Part shown: positions 10,418 to 19,664 of the stretch, one piece after another | How positions within the stretch are numbered: position 1 is the first letter of the stretch | Layout: each line of letters starts with the position of its first letter | Sequence record: NC_028659.1 | Reading direction: 5' to 3' (one strand) | Source of the DNA: Klebsiella phage vB_KpnM_KB57 | DNA: 64,000 bases | The notes under the pieces: model-generated | The model's input: the letters and a program-made list of their open reading frames with translations, nothing else | Database searches by the model: none | Told to the model about the DNA's origin: nothing | Position numbers and translations under genes: made by a program

Positions 10418-10474
10418 ATACCAACTGAGAGGTGGGCGACGGTACAGTCTAGCCCACCTTGAATAGGAGGAATC

Positions 10475-13189
10475 ATTAAAGGTCTGTTTATACTGGATAA
10501 CGAGGCCGATGGCCTGTTAGACGAAGTAACGAAGTACCATTGTACTTTGCTGAAAGAATTTGGGGTCAACAACTGGAATCTGTTTTTAGACCCCGCACAC
10601 CCAGAATATGAAAGCGCTGTAGCCTTTGCCAGGAGCAAGAAGGATGTTAACCTTACAATTCGTTCATACGATGAGCTGGAAAGCTTCCTGAAGACTTGTA
10701 GAGCCATTGCGTGTCACAACCTGTTTGGTTATGACCTGCGTCTGTGGAAGAAGTTATCGGGCATTGAATATGATATGTTCAAAGACCCGAAGTGCATGGG
10801 GACGATTGGGGATACACAGGTAAATCTCTACGACACCCTCTCTATGAGCCGTGTGCTTTATCCTGACCGTCCATTACCTAACGGTTGCCCTGACTCTGTT
10901 CTTAACCCGGTAACCGGGAAACGAGACCGTGTAGGTCCTCATGGCCTGTTGGCCTGGGGCTACCGCGTAGCAAACAAGAAAGTTCAGATCGATGACTGGC
11001 GTAACCAACCCTTGTGGGAATACGTTAATCGTGTCTGGGAAGACGTTTTAATCAACGAGTTAGTATGGCAATCCCTGATCGATGAATCTACAGGTGCTCG
11101 CTGGCCTGATGACAAGCAGTTCATGTACAAAGATAAACCGGAAGGGATGCGGCAGATCAACTGGAAGAACGCGCTACGCCGCCGTATGTTGACTGATTAC
11201 CTGATGATTGAGCAAGAAATTCAGGGTGTTCCATTCAATAAGCATGAAGCTGAAAAGCTGAGAGACCGTATTGATGTAATGATGAAAGAGATTGAGGAAG
11301 AAGTAGAACCTCAACTCCCGCTCAAAGAGATGACGAAGTCTCAACAGCCAAAATTCCCTGCTAGTCCTTTTGATGGTGCAGGAAGAATTTCCCATCACGG
11401 GTGGAATTGGTTAGAATACAAGCTGGGATATCCAGTTAATCGTGAAGCGCTGGAATTCAAAGGTCCACCGAAGACGGCGTTTAAAGGTAACGGTGATGTA
11501 AGTGCAGCAGGGGAAAGATACTGTATCCAGAATGGTGTTGAAGACCCGGCAGCGATGCCATACTTCATTAGAAGCCAGATAAAGAAAGAGAATACCCTTG
11601 TCCCATTGCCACCAGACCTAATGGAAAAGGCAATTGCCGATCTTCGTGCTGGAAAGATGCCAGACCTGATGGTTCCGATGAAGATCTCGAACCAGGACGA
11701 CATCAAGAAGTACCTGATCCGCGATGCGGGATGGAAACCAACGCTCTGGCGTGTTAAAGATGTGACGAAAGACCAGTTCAAAAAGACCCGTGATGATGCG
11801 GAGATTGATGGTCTGGTGCGTAAGTACATCGAAGAACTTGGAGAGTCCGAGTATAAATCTCTGATTCTTGAGCACTTAAATAATAGTGACGCAAAGTTCA
11901 ATATCTCGGAAAACAAGTTCGACCATCGTCATGGTTCTGATCGTGTTTACGAGGAGATCTTCAAGAAGTTCAGACGCAAAGCTCGTCAACTGCCGACTTC
12001 ACCACAGTTGAAGGATAACTTTGGCAAGCTGTGTCCTAACCTTGAAGTTATCGATGTTCACTTGGCTAAACAGATTGTTAAGTGGCTGTCATTACGTAAC
12101 CGTCGTTCTGTTCTCGACCCTATTGACGAGGATAAAAACGATACAGGGCTGTTGAATCATCCTCGCCTGGCGATTGATGGAAAACTTCCAGCTCGTTTCT
12201 CTGGTATCACTAACACCGGGCGTTGTAAGCACACCATTTGTGCAAACATGCCTAAACCAGACCCTAAGGTGTTACTGGGTAAAGAGATGCGCGGCCTCTG
12301 GGGTGTTACCGATGAATATTACCAGGTAGGTATCGATGGTTCTAACCTCGAAGGTATGATCGCGGCGTGGGGTGCATATCAGTTCGATGGTGGTGAATAC
12401 CTCCGTATCATGGAAAGTGGAGATGCCCACGCACGAAACGCCGAGGCATACACCAAAGCTTCTGGTACTCTGGTAACGCGTAACGGTGGTAAAGGGGTAA
12501 CCTACGGCATCATGTATGGTGCTCAGGCAGCTAAGATTGCAGCAATGCTTCACATTTCCCTTGACAAGGCACAGGCGGTAATCGATGCTTTCTGGGATAG
12601 TAACTTTGGTTTGAAAGGTCGTAAGGAATGGCTTGAAAACTTCTGGGAAGCAACGGGTAAACGTTATATCCCTGGTCTCGATGGTCGTAAGATTTGGACC
12701 CGTTCTAAGCACTCTCTTCTGAATGCTTTCCAGCAAAACGGTGGTGCATCTCTATTCGATCTGGTGGGTATCCTTCTTCATTGGGAACTGATCAAACGTG
12801 GCTGGTATGATGATGACGTTCGTCGCCTGATTTACTACCATGATGAATACCAGCTCCAGGTTCCTAAGAAATACTTGAAGAAGTGGGAGTTTGACACCCT
12901 GGAAGAGGCAACAGCTTTCGTAAAAGAATGGGAAGCAAAAGGCCGCGTATTTGACGGGCATGAGTGGAGAAAGGCCGTCAAAGATGAAAATGGTGATAAA
13001 GTCAAGGATGCGGAAGGTAATACAGTCTACGAGGGTATTTTTGGAGAGGATGGTAAAATTCACATCCAGTATTGCCCTGTAGGTGAAATGGTCGTAAGAT
13101 GTGTAGAGAAGGCAGCTCGTATCATGGGCAGTCCTGTACATATCACAGGGGCATATCTGACTGGTCGTAACTGGGCAGAGTGTCACTAA
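10475..13189 (+). CDS. family A DNA polymerase with 3'-5' exonuclease (T7 gp5-like); true start upstream of first ATG/TTG, probably non-canonical ATT at 10475
   Basis: Exo I motif ILDNEADGL encoded at 10487-10513 upstream of track start 10547; pol motif A GIDGSNLEGM, motif B RNGGKGVTYGIMYG, motif C YYHDEYQ; perfect SD AGGAGG at 10465-10470. Confidence 0.85.
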   Translation: MKGLFILDNEADGLLDEVTKYHCTLLKEFGVNNWNLFLDPAHPEYESAVAFARSKKDVNLTIRSYDELESFLKTCRAIACHNLFGYDLRLWKKLSGIEYDMFKDPKCMGTIGDTQVNLYDTLSMSRVLYPDRPLPNGCPDSVLNPVTGKRDRVGPHGLLAWGYRVANKKVQIDDWRNQPLWEYVNRVWEDVLINELVWQSLIDESTGARWPDDKQFMYKDKPEGMRQINWKNALRRRMLTDYLMIEQEIQGVPFNKHEAEKLRDRIDVMMKEIEEEVEPQLPLKEMTKSQQPKFPASPFDGAGRISHHGWNWLEYKLGYPVNREALEFKGPPKTAFKGNGDVSAAGERYCIQNGVEDPAAMPYFIRSQIKKENTLVPLPPDLMEKAIADLRAGKMPDLMVPMKISNQDDIKKYLIRDAGWKPTLWRVKDVTKDQFKKTRDDAEIDGLVRKYIEELGESEYKSLILEHLNNSDAKFNISENKFDHRHGSDRVYEEIFKKFRRKARQLPTSPQLKDNFGKLCPNLEVIDVHLAKQIVKWLSLRNRRSVLDPIDEDKNDTGLLNHPRLAIDGKLPARFSGITNTGRCKHTICANMPKPDPKVLLGKEMRGLWGVTDEYYQVGIDGSNLEGMIAAWGAYQFDGGEYLRIMESGDAHARNAEAYTKASGTLVTRNGGKGVTYGIMYGAQAAKIAAMLHISLDKAQAVIDAFWDSNFGLKGRKEWLENFWEATGKRYIPGLDGRKIWTRSKHSLLNAFQQNGGASLFDLVGILLHWELIKRGWYDDDVRRLIYYHDEYQLQVPKKYLKKWEFDTLEEATAFVKEWEAKGRVFDGHEWRKAVKDENGDKVKDAEGNTVYEGIFGEDGKIHIQYCPVGEMVVRCVEKAARIMGSPVHITGAYLTGRNWAECH

Positions 13190-13194
13190 TTACA

Positions 13195-13214
13195 GGGGCT
13201 TCGGCCCCTTTTTT
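13195..13214 (+). terminator. rho-independent terminator after DNA polymerase
   Basis: GGGGCTTCGGCCCC + TTTTTT. Confidence 0.7.
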
Positions 13215-13227
13215 CATAGGAGAGACC

Positions 13228-13455
13228 ATGTTTCCGAACAAACCTAAAGAAGCAACCCATTATTTTATGTATCCAGGACATCCTACTCCTGGCGGCAATT
13301 GGGCGTACTATGTCAGCTTTTTCAGGAAAGTTGCAGGTGAGTGGATGGTGTACACTACCGATACCGACAATGAGTACCCCGGCTGGTCATTGGCTTCTAG
13401 ACGCTATAAGAATAAAAGCTTCGAGACCATGATTGAATATTTGCAAGAAATTTAA
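13228..13455 (+). CDS. hypothetical small protein
   Basis: ATG 13228 after SD AGGAGA, downstream of polymerase terminator. Confidence 0.35.
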   Translation: MFPNKPKEATHYFMYPGHPTPGGNWAYYVSFFRKVAGEWMVYTTDTDNEYPGWSLASRRYKNKSFETMIEYLQEI

Positions 13456-13463
13456 AAATAGTG

Positions 13464-13492
13464 TTGACAGCCGTTTCGAATAGCATTAAAGT
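13464..13492 (+). promoter_or_regulatory. near-consensus sigma70 promoter TTGACA-17-TAAAGT with A/T-rich UP region
   Basis: read directly; drives 676-aa/139-aa cassette. Confidence 0.6.
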
Positions 13493-13550
13493 GTATCACA
13501 TGAAGACGAGAGACCTCGCTTCAAAATAACTTCACAAACAGGAGAACGAA

Positions 13551-15581
13551 ATGACCGCAAAATATGAAACCGTACCTTACGCTGACTTCGTAAAAGCTCT
13601 GAAAGCTCAGTTCGCTGTCATGCAAGCGCTGGGTGCGCTTTACACGGTCGATGTACCGAAAGATGAACTGTACGATCTGTACCTCGACTCTTTCCCGGAA
13701 GGCACCAATCTGATGTATAAAGAGCGCCGTGAATATGACTGTAACTGCTGCAAGAGCTACATCCGTACTCTGGGCCGAGTAGTCGCGATTCACAACGGCA
13801 AGCTGGTCTCTATTTGGGACGTTAAAGTTGGTGGTTACTACCAAGTTGTTGCCGATGCGATGAAAGCGCGTGTTGAAAGCGCCGAGATCCGCGATCGCTT
13901 CTTCCACTTCGAAGGCCGCGTTGGTACTGAGAGCAACGTAGCTCTGCTGGAAAATGGGAAAACCAAAACCTGGACCCACTTCCATCAGGCCCTGCCTCGC
14001 GAACTGGTTAAACGTGGTGAAGATATCCCTTCTGCCCTGGGTGAGTACCGTGACAACGCAACTGTGCTGGCACGTTCTCTGAAAGATATCGATATGGACT
14101 CTGCCGAAACGGTAATGGACCTGATCAACCAAGGCTCTCTGTACCGTGGTGATGAGAAAAAGCACATTGTTGCTGCCTTTATTAAGGCGAAACGTGCATA
14201 CGACAAAACGCCGGAAGATCAGCGAATGAACTTCTGCTGGAAACAAAGTGAAACGCTGGGTAAACTGGGCCGCTTCCGTAATGATGTCATCGGTACACTG
14301 ATGAGCGATCTGGCAGAAGGTATTGATCTTGAAGCCGCAGTGAAGTCCTTTGAAGACAAAGTCTCAGGGACCAACTACAAGCGTACTACAGCTCTGGTAA
14401 CTCCGGGCATGATCAAGGCAGCACAAGAGAAGGTTGAAGCCCTCGGCTTGACTGAATCTCTGGCACGTCGCTTTGCGGTGACCTCTGACCTGACGATCAA
14501 CAACGTGTTGTTTGCTGACCGTTCTGCAAAGGCCCAGATGAACGTATTCGAGCAACTGGCAGCGTCAACCAAAAACGCGCCGAAGTCACTGTCGAAAGTA
14601 GAAGAGATCAGCATTGAGGATTTCATCAACAACGTTCTGCCGAAAGCGGACACTATCGAAGCGCTGGTTGAAGGTCGTCTGACACCGAACCTGATGAGCC
14701 TGGTTGCCCCGGCAAACGCAGGTGCTCCTAACCTGTTCAAATGGGATAACGGCTTCTCCTGGTCGTATAATGGCGAAGTAACTGACTCCATCAAGGAGCG
14801 TGTGAAAGCCGCTGGCGGTAGCGTGACTGGTGACCTGCGTGTTTCGTTGTCCTGGTACAACAGTGATGACCTCGACCTGCACGTATTCGAGCCTGGTGGT
14901 GGTCAAATTTACTTCGGTAACAAACGTGGCCGCTCAACGGGTACGCTGGATGTGGATATGAATGCCTATGGCAAGTCAGACGCACACCATCCGGTTGAGA
15001 ACGTTACGTGGGAAAATGAGCGTAATATCACGGAAGGTGTTTACAAGGTTGTTGTTAACAACTATAATAAGCGCATGACTGATCGCGTTGGCTTCGAAGT
15101 ACAGATGGAATACAAAGGCCAAGTGTTCAACTTTGCATACCCGCAAGCTTTGGGTAATAGCAAGAGCCAGACCGTTGTAACCTTTAAGTATTCTCGTGCG
15201 AAAGGTGTTGAAATTGTAGACAGCATCGGGCATACTAAGCAATCTAAAGAAGTATGGGGCGTCTCTACCGAGACCTTCCAGAAAGTTTCTCTGGTGCTGA
15301 ATTCTCCTAACTTCTGGGATGGTCAGACCAAAGGTAACAAACACTACTTCTTTATGCTGGAAGGTTGCATTAACCCTGACGATACTCGTGGCTTCTACAA
15401 TGAGTATCTGCGTGACGAGCTGCATGAGCATCGTAAAGTGTTCGAAGTGTTGGGTTCCAAGCTCAAAGCTGAACACTCCACTGATCAACTGAGCGGCCTG
15501 GGCTTCTCGTCTACCCAGCGTAACGAGTTGGTTGTGAAGGTTACTGGTTCTTTCAACCGCACCCTGAAGATTAAATTCTGA
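13551..15581 (+). CDS. abundant early protein of unknown function (676 aa), host-optimised codon usage
   Basis: consensus sigma70 promoter upstream, SD CAGGAGAACGAAATG, strong CTG/CGT/GGT/AAA/GAA/TTC/TAC codon bias like the capsid and SSB genes; no recognisable motif. Confidence 0.6.
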   Translation: MTAKYETVPYADFVKALKAQFAVMQALGALYTVDVPKDELYDLYLDSFPEGTNLMYKERREYDCNCCKSYIRTLGRVVAIHNGKLVSIWDVKVGGYYQVVADAMKARVESAEIRDRFFHFEGRVGTESNVALLENGKTKTWTHFHQALPRELVKRGEDIPSALGEYRDNATVLARSLKDIDMDSAETVMDLINQGSLYRGDEKKHIVAAFIKAKRAYDKTPEDQRMNFCWKQSETLGKLGRFRNDVIGTLMSDLAEGIDLEAAVKSFEDKVSGTNYKRTTALVTPGMIKAAQEKVEALGLTESLARRFAVTSDLTINNVLFADRSAKAQMNVFEQLAASTKNAPKSLSKVEEISIEDFINNVLPKADTIEALVEGRLTPNLMSLVAPANAGAPNLFKWDNGFSWSYNGEVTDSIKERVKAAGGSVTGDLRVSLSWYNSDDLDLHVFEPGGGQIYFGNKRGRSTGTLDVDMNAYGKSDAHHPVENVTWENERNITEGVYKVVVNNYNKRMTDRVGFEVQMEYKGQVFNFAYPQALGNSKSQTVVTFKYSRAKGVEIVDSIGHTKQSKEVWGVSTETFQKVSLVLNSPNFWDGQTKGNKHYFFMLEGCINPDDTRGFYNEYLRDELHEHRKVFEVLGSKLKAEHSTDQLSGLGFSSTQRNELVVKVTGSFNRTLKIKF

Positions 15582-15587
15582 TGAAAA

Positions 15588-15607
15588 CGGGGTTGCAACC
15601 AACCCCG
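15588..15607 (+). promoter_or_regulatory. 8-bp perfect hairpin CGGGGTTG-CAAC-CAACCCCG immediately after stop of 676-aa gene (no T-tract)
   Basis: seen in sequence. Confidence 0.4.
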
Positions 15608-15810
15608 GTAACTGATAGACTCGTTGCATGTCTGGAGGGGTTCGCTCCTCCAGAAAATCCTTACCAAAGGATATGCAATGAGTTCGGGTGTGCGTACATA
15701 ACTGCAAAGAAAATGTTGCACTCCTTTACGTACCGGGCAACTGAACAACAATTGGCTGCGATTCTTGAAGAACGCAGCATACTGAAAAACTAAAAGAGGA
15801 GAACAAAAAT

Positions 15811-16230
15811 ATGTCAATCATCAATACTACCATCGCAAATACCGCTACCCTGTTCGAACTGGCTACCCGTAAAAAACTGCGTTTTGCAAGCCCGAAAGGT
15901 CTACTGACCACAGAAGATCTGTGGGATCTGCCGATGACTGGTAATACCAGCCTGGATACGGTTTCCAAACTGGCTAACCGTGATGTGAAAGCATCTGCTG
16001 AAGAAAGTTTCGTTGTCGAGGCCAGTGCTGTAAATGGCGAAGCAAACCTGAAGCTGGATATCCTGAAGTACATCATCTCGGTGCGTAAAGCGGAGATCGC
16101 GGATCGCCAGGCAGCGAAAGAGAAGGTTGAGCGTAAGCGTAAACTTCTGGACCTGCTGGCAGAGAAGGATAATGAGAAAGATGCAGCGATGTCTCGTGAA
16201 GAGATCCTGAAAGAGCTGGAATCTCTGTAA
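15811..16230 (+). CDS. unknown protein (139 aa) with K/E-rich coiled-coil C-terminus; co-transcribed with the 676-aa gene
   Basis: SD AAGAGGAGAACAAAAATATG, same codon bias, followed by rho-independent terminator. Confidence 0.55.
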   Translation: MSIINTTIANTATLFELATRKKLRFASPKGLLTTEDLWDLPMTGNTSLDTVSKLANRDVKASAEESFVVEASAVNGEANLKLDILKYIISVRKAEIADRQAAKEKVERKRKLLDLLAEKDNEKDAAMSREEILKELESL

Positions 16231-16241
16231 TCTGCCCGCCA

Positions 16242-16262
16242 AGGCCCTTCTGGGCCTTTTTG
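16242..16262 (+). terminator. rho-independent terminator ending the two-gene cassette
   Basis: AGGCCC-TTCT-GGGCCT + TTTTT. Confidence 0.7.
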
Positions 16263-16275
16263 TGTTGGAGGATAA

Positions 16276-16635
16276 ATGAAAGTAACTGGCAAACAAACTA
16301 TTGTACAGAATGTGGAAGTAGATATCTCTGATGAAGAGATCATGAATATTGTCAAGGCACAAACACCAGACTACCTCGCAGATGTCCTCACCAAAGAACT
16401 GCTGAGGGACTTCATCTATAGATTACCAGCAGATTTTACTGGTGAGCGGGCCGTGTGGGAAACACGTAAAAGAGGATATGAACCGTTTCTTGTACTTGTC
16501 CATGTAGACGCCTGGTGGGACTACCACAACAATGTTGGTGTGGATGAAGAAGTCAGACCGCTCACCGAAGAAGAAACGGCAAAATATAATATGATTTGCG
16601 GTTTGCGGGACTACATTAAGGAGCTGCAAAAATAA
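16276..16635 (+). CDS. hypothetical protein
   Basis: 119 aa, SD TTGGAGGATAAATG. Confidence 0.45.
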   Translation: MKVTGKQTIVQNVEVDISDEEIMNIVKAQTPDYLADVLTKELLRDFIYRLPADFTGERAVWETRKRGYEPFLVLVHVDAWWDYHNNVGVDEEVRPLTEEETAKYNMICGLRDYIKELQK

Positions 16636-16647
16636 TTCAAAAGCCTC

Positions 16648-16676
16648 TTGACTTCATGGTTGAGGGGCTTTATTGT
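16648..16676 (+). promoter_or_regulatory. sigma70-like promoter TTGACT-17-TATTGT ahead of small membrane-protein genes
   Basis: read directly; overlaps imperfect hairpin. Confidence 0.35.
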
Positions 16677-16704
16677 TATGGAAGCTAAATAACCTGGAGG
16701 GTGT

Positions 16705-16872
16705 ATGTTAGAGGCAATCAATTATTTCTTTTTAGTTCTGGCAGCAGTGGCCTGTGTTTCTTGTGCCTTCGGCGCTGTCTTTTCAAAAGATGAAACACAC
16801 CGCACGGTGTACGTAGGTTGTGCAGTCATCAACGCTGCTTTTACGGTGCATCTCTGGAGTATCGCCCTATGA
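16705..16872 (+). CDS. small membrane protein (55 aa; below ORF-track cutoff)
   Basis: ATG after GGAGGG; hydrophobic MLEAINYFFLVLAAVACVSC...; stop overlaps next start. Confidence 0.35.
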   Translation: MLEAINYFFLVLAAVACVSCAFGAVFSKDETHRTVYVGCAVINAAFTVHLWSIAL

Positions 16873-17063
16873 AGCTTTCACATTTTATTTATGCAGTGTT
16901 AGGCCTTATGGCCCTGACCATGCTGACAACGTTGGGGCTTTCATTTACAGCAGACCATGAGCAACAAACAAAAGAAATTTTGGGAGCAGGTTTCGGTATG
17001 TTTATGCTTGAATTCTTCCTGCTTCTTTTGGGCGGTGTGATTGTCGATACTTCCGGCTGGTAA
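16869..17063 (+). CDS. small membrane protein
   Basis: ATGA overlap; two hydrophobic segments. Confidence 0.4.
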   Translation: MKLSHFIYAVLGLMALTMLTTLGLSFTADHEQQTKEILGAGFGMFMLEFFLLLLGGVIVDTSGW

Positions 17064-17073
17064 GGAGAAATAA

Positions 17074-17280
17074 ATGCGTGGATTCATGCCTTGGGTGCGT
17101 CCGTTGGTTATTGTGATTGTTGTTGCAGTTGTCGCCTACATATCGCTTGACATCGCAGATAACGTGACCCATAATTGCAAGCCTAACGGTGAGCAACGCC
17201 TTGCTAACTCGGTTGATGGTGTTATCGTTGAGAACAAACTGATCTGCGACGGTGGTCGAGTGAAGTGGTCTCGCTACTAA
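17074..17280 (+). CDS. small membrane protein
   Basis: SD TAAGGAGAAATAAATG; N-terminal TM VRPLVIVIVVAVVAYISL. Confidence 0.4.
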   Translation: MRGFMPWVRPLVIVIVVAVVAYISLDIADNVTHNCKPNGEQRLANSVDGVIVENKLICDGGRVKWSRY

Positions 17281-17313
17281 ATTCTGACTAAATAATCTCA
17301 AGAGGAGATTCAA

Positions 17314-17562
17314 ATGAAAAAGATTATCCTAGCCGCCCTGCTCGCGCTTTCTTGCTCTGCACAAGCAACAGAGTTTTATCCTGAAGCAAACCCGAATGAT
17401 ATTAACGAGTCCGTTGATAGTGAACTGGCAAAGTCCCTACTGAAACGCGACACCCTTGAATTGAAAATTAAAATCGCAGAGCTTGAAGTGGAACTTGCCA
17501 AAATGAAGAAGACTCAAGTTCTATACAGCATTGCCCTTGAATCAATGGAGAAAAACAAATGA
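17314..17562 (+). CDS. small secreted/periplasmic coiled-coil protein
   Basis: signal peptide MKKIILAALLALSCSAQA; SD AAGAGGAGATTCAAATG. Confidence 0.45.
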   Translation: MKKIILAALLALSCSAQATEFYPEANPNDINESVDSELAKSLLKRDTLELKIKIAELEVELAKMKKTQVLYSIALESMEKNK

Positions 17563-18647
17563 CGATTACTCGCGGCCTTATCTTCGGAAAGTTTGCACCG
17601 CTGACCAACGGACATATTGAATTCATTCGCCAGGCGGCTTCTCAGGTTAGTGCTCTGTATCTGTTCCTGTCCTATGACCAGAAATTCGTTGACGCACAAC
17701 CAGAGTGGATTCGTCCTAAGCTGGGACTTGCTGATCGTTATCGTGACCTGCTGGATGTCATTGCCGACGAGGGACTTGACAACGTGAAGGTAGACTACGT
17801 TGATGAGTCGAATATCCCAGGATACCCTGAAGGCAGTGCTGCCTATGCAAAACTGATCCGTGAAAAGCAACCGTTCGTTAAGTACGATTTTGCTTTCTCT
17901 TCTGAGCCGGAGTATGAGTCTTACTTCAGTGAGTTCTTCCCTGAAGCGAAGCATGTAGTTATCGACGCAGAACGTAAAGCTGTTCCTATCTCAGCCACGA
18001 TGATCCGTAATGATCCGTACAACAACTTCTACAACCTAGCGTGGCCTGCACGTAAGCGCTTCATGAAGAAGGTTGCCATCATTGGTGTTGAGAGTACGGG
18101 CAAGACAACCTTGACACAACATCTGGCGCATACCTTCGGTGCTGGTTGGATTCCTGAGATCGGGAGGCTTATCTGTGAGCGTGAATACCACTCCAGTGAG
18201 TTAGCAATGTCTCGTGGAGACTATCTTCGTATCGCAATGGAGCATCGCCTGAAGGAAATGGAGTTAGCTGGTTGGGGTGGTTGTGGGGTTATGTTCTCTG
18301 ACACCACAAACCTGATCACTCATTTCTCTGGTATTTGTGCAGACAAGATCGACTACTCCGATCTTCTGTTCCGCACACTGAGCCGTGAAGAGAGCTACAA
18401 CTTCTACGACCTATTCCTGTTCCTAACACCAGAGGTCCCGTGGGTTGCTGATCCTCTTCGCTTGCAGGATACGCCAGAAAAGCGTAAAGAAACACATTCT
18501 TTGCTTGACACAATGATCAGGACATCTTACGATACAAGCAAGGTGGTAGTTATCTCAGGAAGTGATTACAAAGAACGTACTCAGAAAGCCGAAGAAGCTG
18601 TCCGTAAATTGCTGAATATCAAAGGAGAACAGAATGGGGTTTCCTAA
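17559..18647 (+). CDS. nadR: NadR-type bifunctional NMN adenylyltransferase / ribosylnicotinamide kinase
   Basis: N-terminal nucleotidyltransferase motif GKFAPLTNGH (HxGH), C-terminal kinase Walker A GVESTGKTTL; 362 aa. Confidence 0.8.
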   Translation: MTITRGLIFGKFAPLTNGHIEFIRQAASQVSALYLFLSYDQKFVDAQPEWIRPKLGLADRYRDLLDVIADEGLDNVKVDYVDESNIPGYPEGSAAYAKLIREKQPFVKYDFAFSSEPEYESYFSEFFPEAKHVVIDAERKAVPISATMIRNDPYNNFYNLAWPARKRFMKKVAIIGVESTGKTTLTQHLAHTFGAGWIPEIGRLICEREYHSSELAMSRGDYLRIAMEHRLKEMELAGWGGCGVMFSDTTNLITHFSGICADKIDYSDLLFRTLSREESYNFYDLFLFLTPEVPWVADPLRLQDTPEKRKETHSLLDTMIRTSYDTSKVVVISGSDYKERTQKAEEAVRKLLNIKGEQNGVS

Positions 18648-18897
18648 ACTTGAGATTGGTGATTTAGTATTGGTTCCCCAGTGGAACGGTAAGGAATCTG
18701 TAGAAATTTGTCAGTACCGTGGAGCAACAGGAAACCTGATGTTGATGGTATATCATCCTGATGCAGTTTTGAAATCTCAAAGTGAGCGTTTCATTCGGGA
18801 CACCGACAGTATGCCGTACAGTGTTAGCATCGTTCGTAAGAGCGATTCAGAGGCATGGGCTAGACTCATGGTAAAAATATCCACACAAAAAGGATAA
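18634..18897 (+). CDS. hypothetical protein
   Basis: 87-aa ORF overlapping nadR end. Confidence 0.4.
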   Translation: MGFPKLEIGDLVLVPQWNGKESVEICQYRGATGNLMLMVYHPDAVLKSQSERFIRDTDSMPYSVSIVRKSDSEAWARLMVKISTQKG

Positions 18898-18901
18898 CAA
18901 G

Positions 18902-19267
18902 ATGAACGTAACTAATTCAAGCATGAAGCAGGCTTTTGGTGTTCTGAAGGTTATTTTGGAAAAGGCACCTGAATTAGCGGAAGGTCTTCAGGCTTATGCC
19001 AACTGTCGTGAGCAAGGGTTCTCCATCATGAAGTTGGACTGCTCCGGTGGAGAAGATAATTGTCGCCAAGTGTCATTCTCAGAATGTCGTAACAGTGATC
19101 AGATCACTGTGTACTGGGGCGGGACTCGTGACTTCAATTTCCAAACTAACATCCCAACTGATGATACTTATTTCAATCGCCATAAATTCTTCGGCTATGA
19201 GGAGTACGAAGAGGTGGCTGACTGGATTATTGCATACTTGAAGGGTGATAACGATGGATCAAACTAA
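18902..19267 (+). CDS. hypothetical protein
   Basis: 121-aa ORF. Confidence 0.4.
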   Translation: MNVTNSSMKQAFGVLKVILEKAPELAEGLQAYANCREQGFSIMKLDCSGGEDNCRQVSFSECRNSDQITVYWGGTRDFNFQTNIPTDDTYFNRHKFFGYEEYEEVADWIIAYLKGDNDGSN

Positions 19268-19664
19268 GCTGGAAATTCTCCACTTCTTAGAGAAGTCTTT
19301 GGAGGAAAAGCAGGGATGGACGTACCACAAAGAGGTAGCTGATAAATTTGGCGAGCCTGCCACTACAGAGGCCCTAGCTTCTCTTATCGGGAATGGTAAA
19401 GTGATGGATTGCGGCTGCGGGTGTTCCGGTATGATGATCACCCCTGCGGGTCTTGAGGATATTCGCCCACCAAAACGTATCATGGTGTGGAAAACAGAAT
19501 CCGGGAAGGTTGTCAGGCTGACCCATATGTCAGATGACCACTTGCGGAACGCCATCATTTGGTTGCTGACAGACTCCAGTCTTACTGATGAGTACGAGGG
19601 TTATGGCATCACACAATGGTTGGTGGCTATGTCTCGCGAGCTGCACAGCCGTGTGACTGCCTAA
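19254..19664 (+). CDS. hypothetical protein
   Basis: ATG 19254; 136 aa. Confidence 0.4.
   Translation: MDQTKLEILHFLEKSLEEKQGWTYHKEVADKFGEPATTEALASLIGNGKVMDCGCGCSGMMITPAGLEDIRPPKRIMVWKTESGKVVRLTHMSDDHLRNAIIWLLTDSSLTDEYEGYGITQWLVAMSRELHSRVTA

Noticed and set aside
11174-15707. Minus-strand ORFs inside DNA polymerase and the 676-aa gene (11395-11916, 12272-12736, 12752-13186, 13521-14246, 14375-14860, 14976-15707)
   Set aside because: Overlap confidently coding + strand genes. GC-rich codon-biased genes generate long antisense frames.
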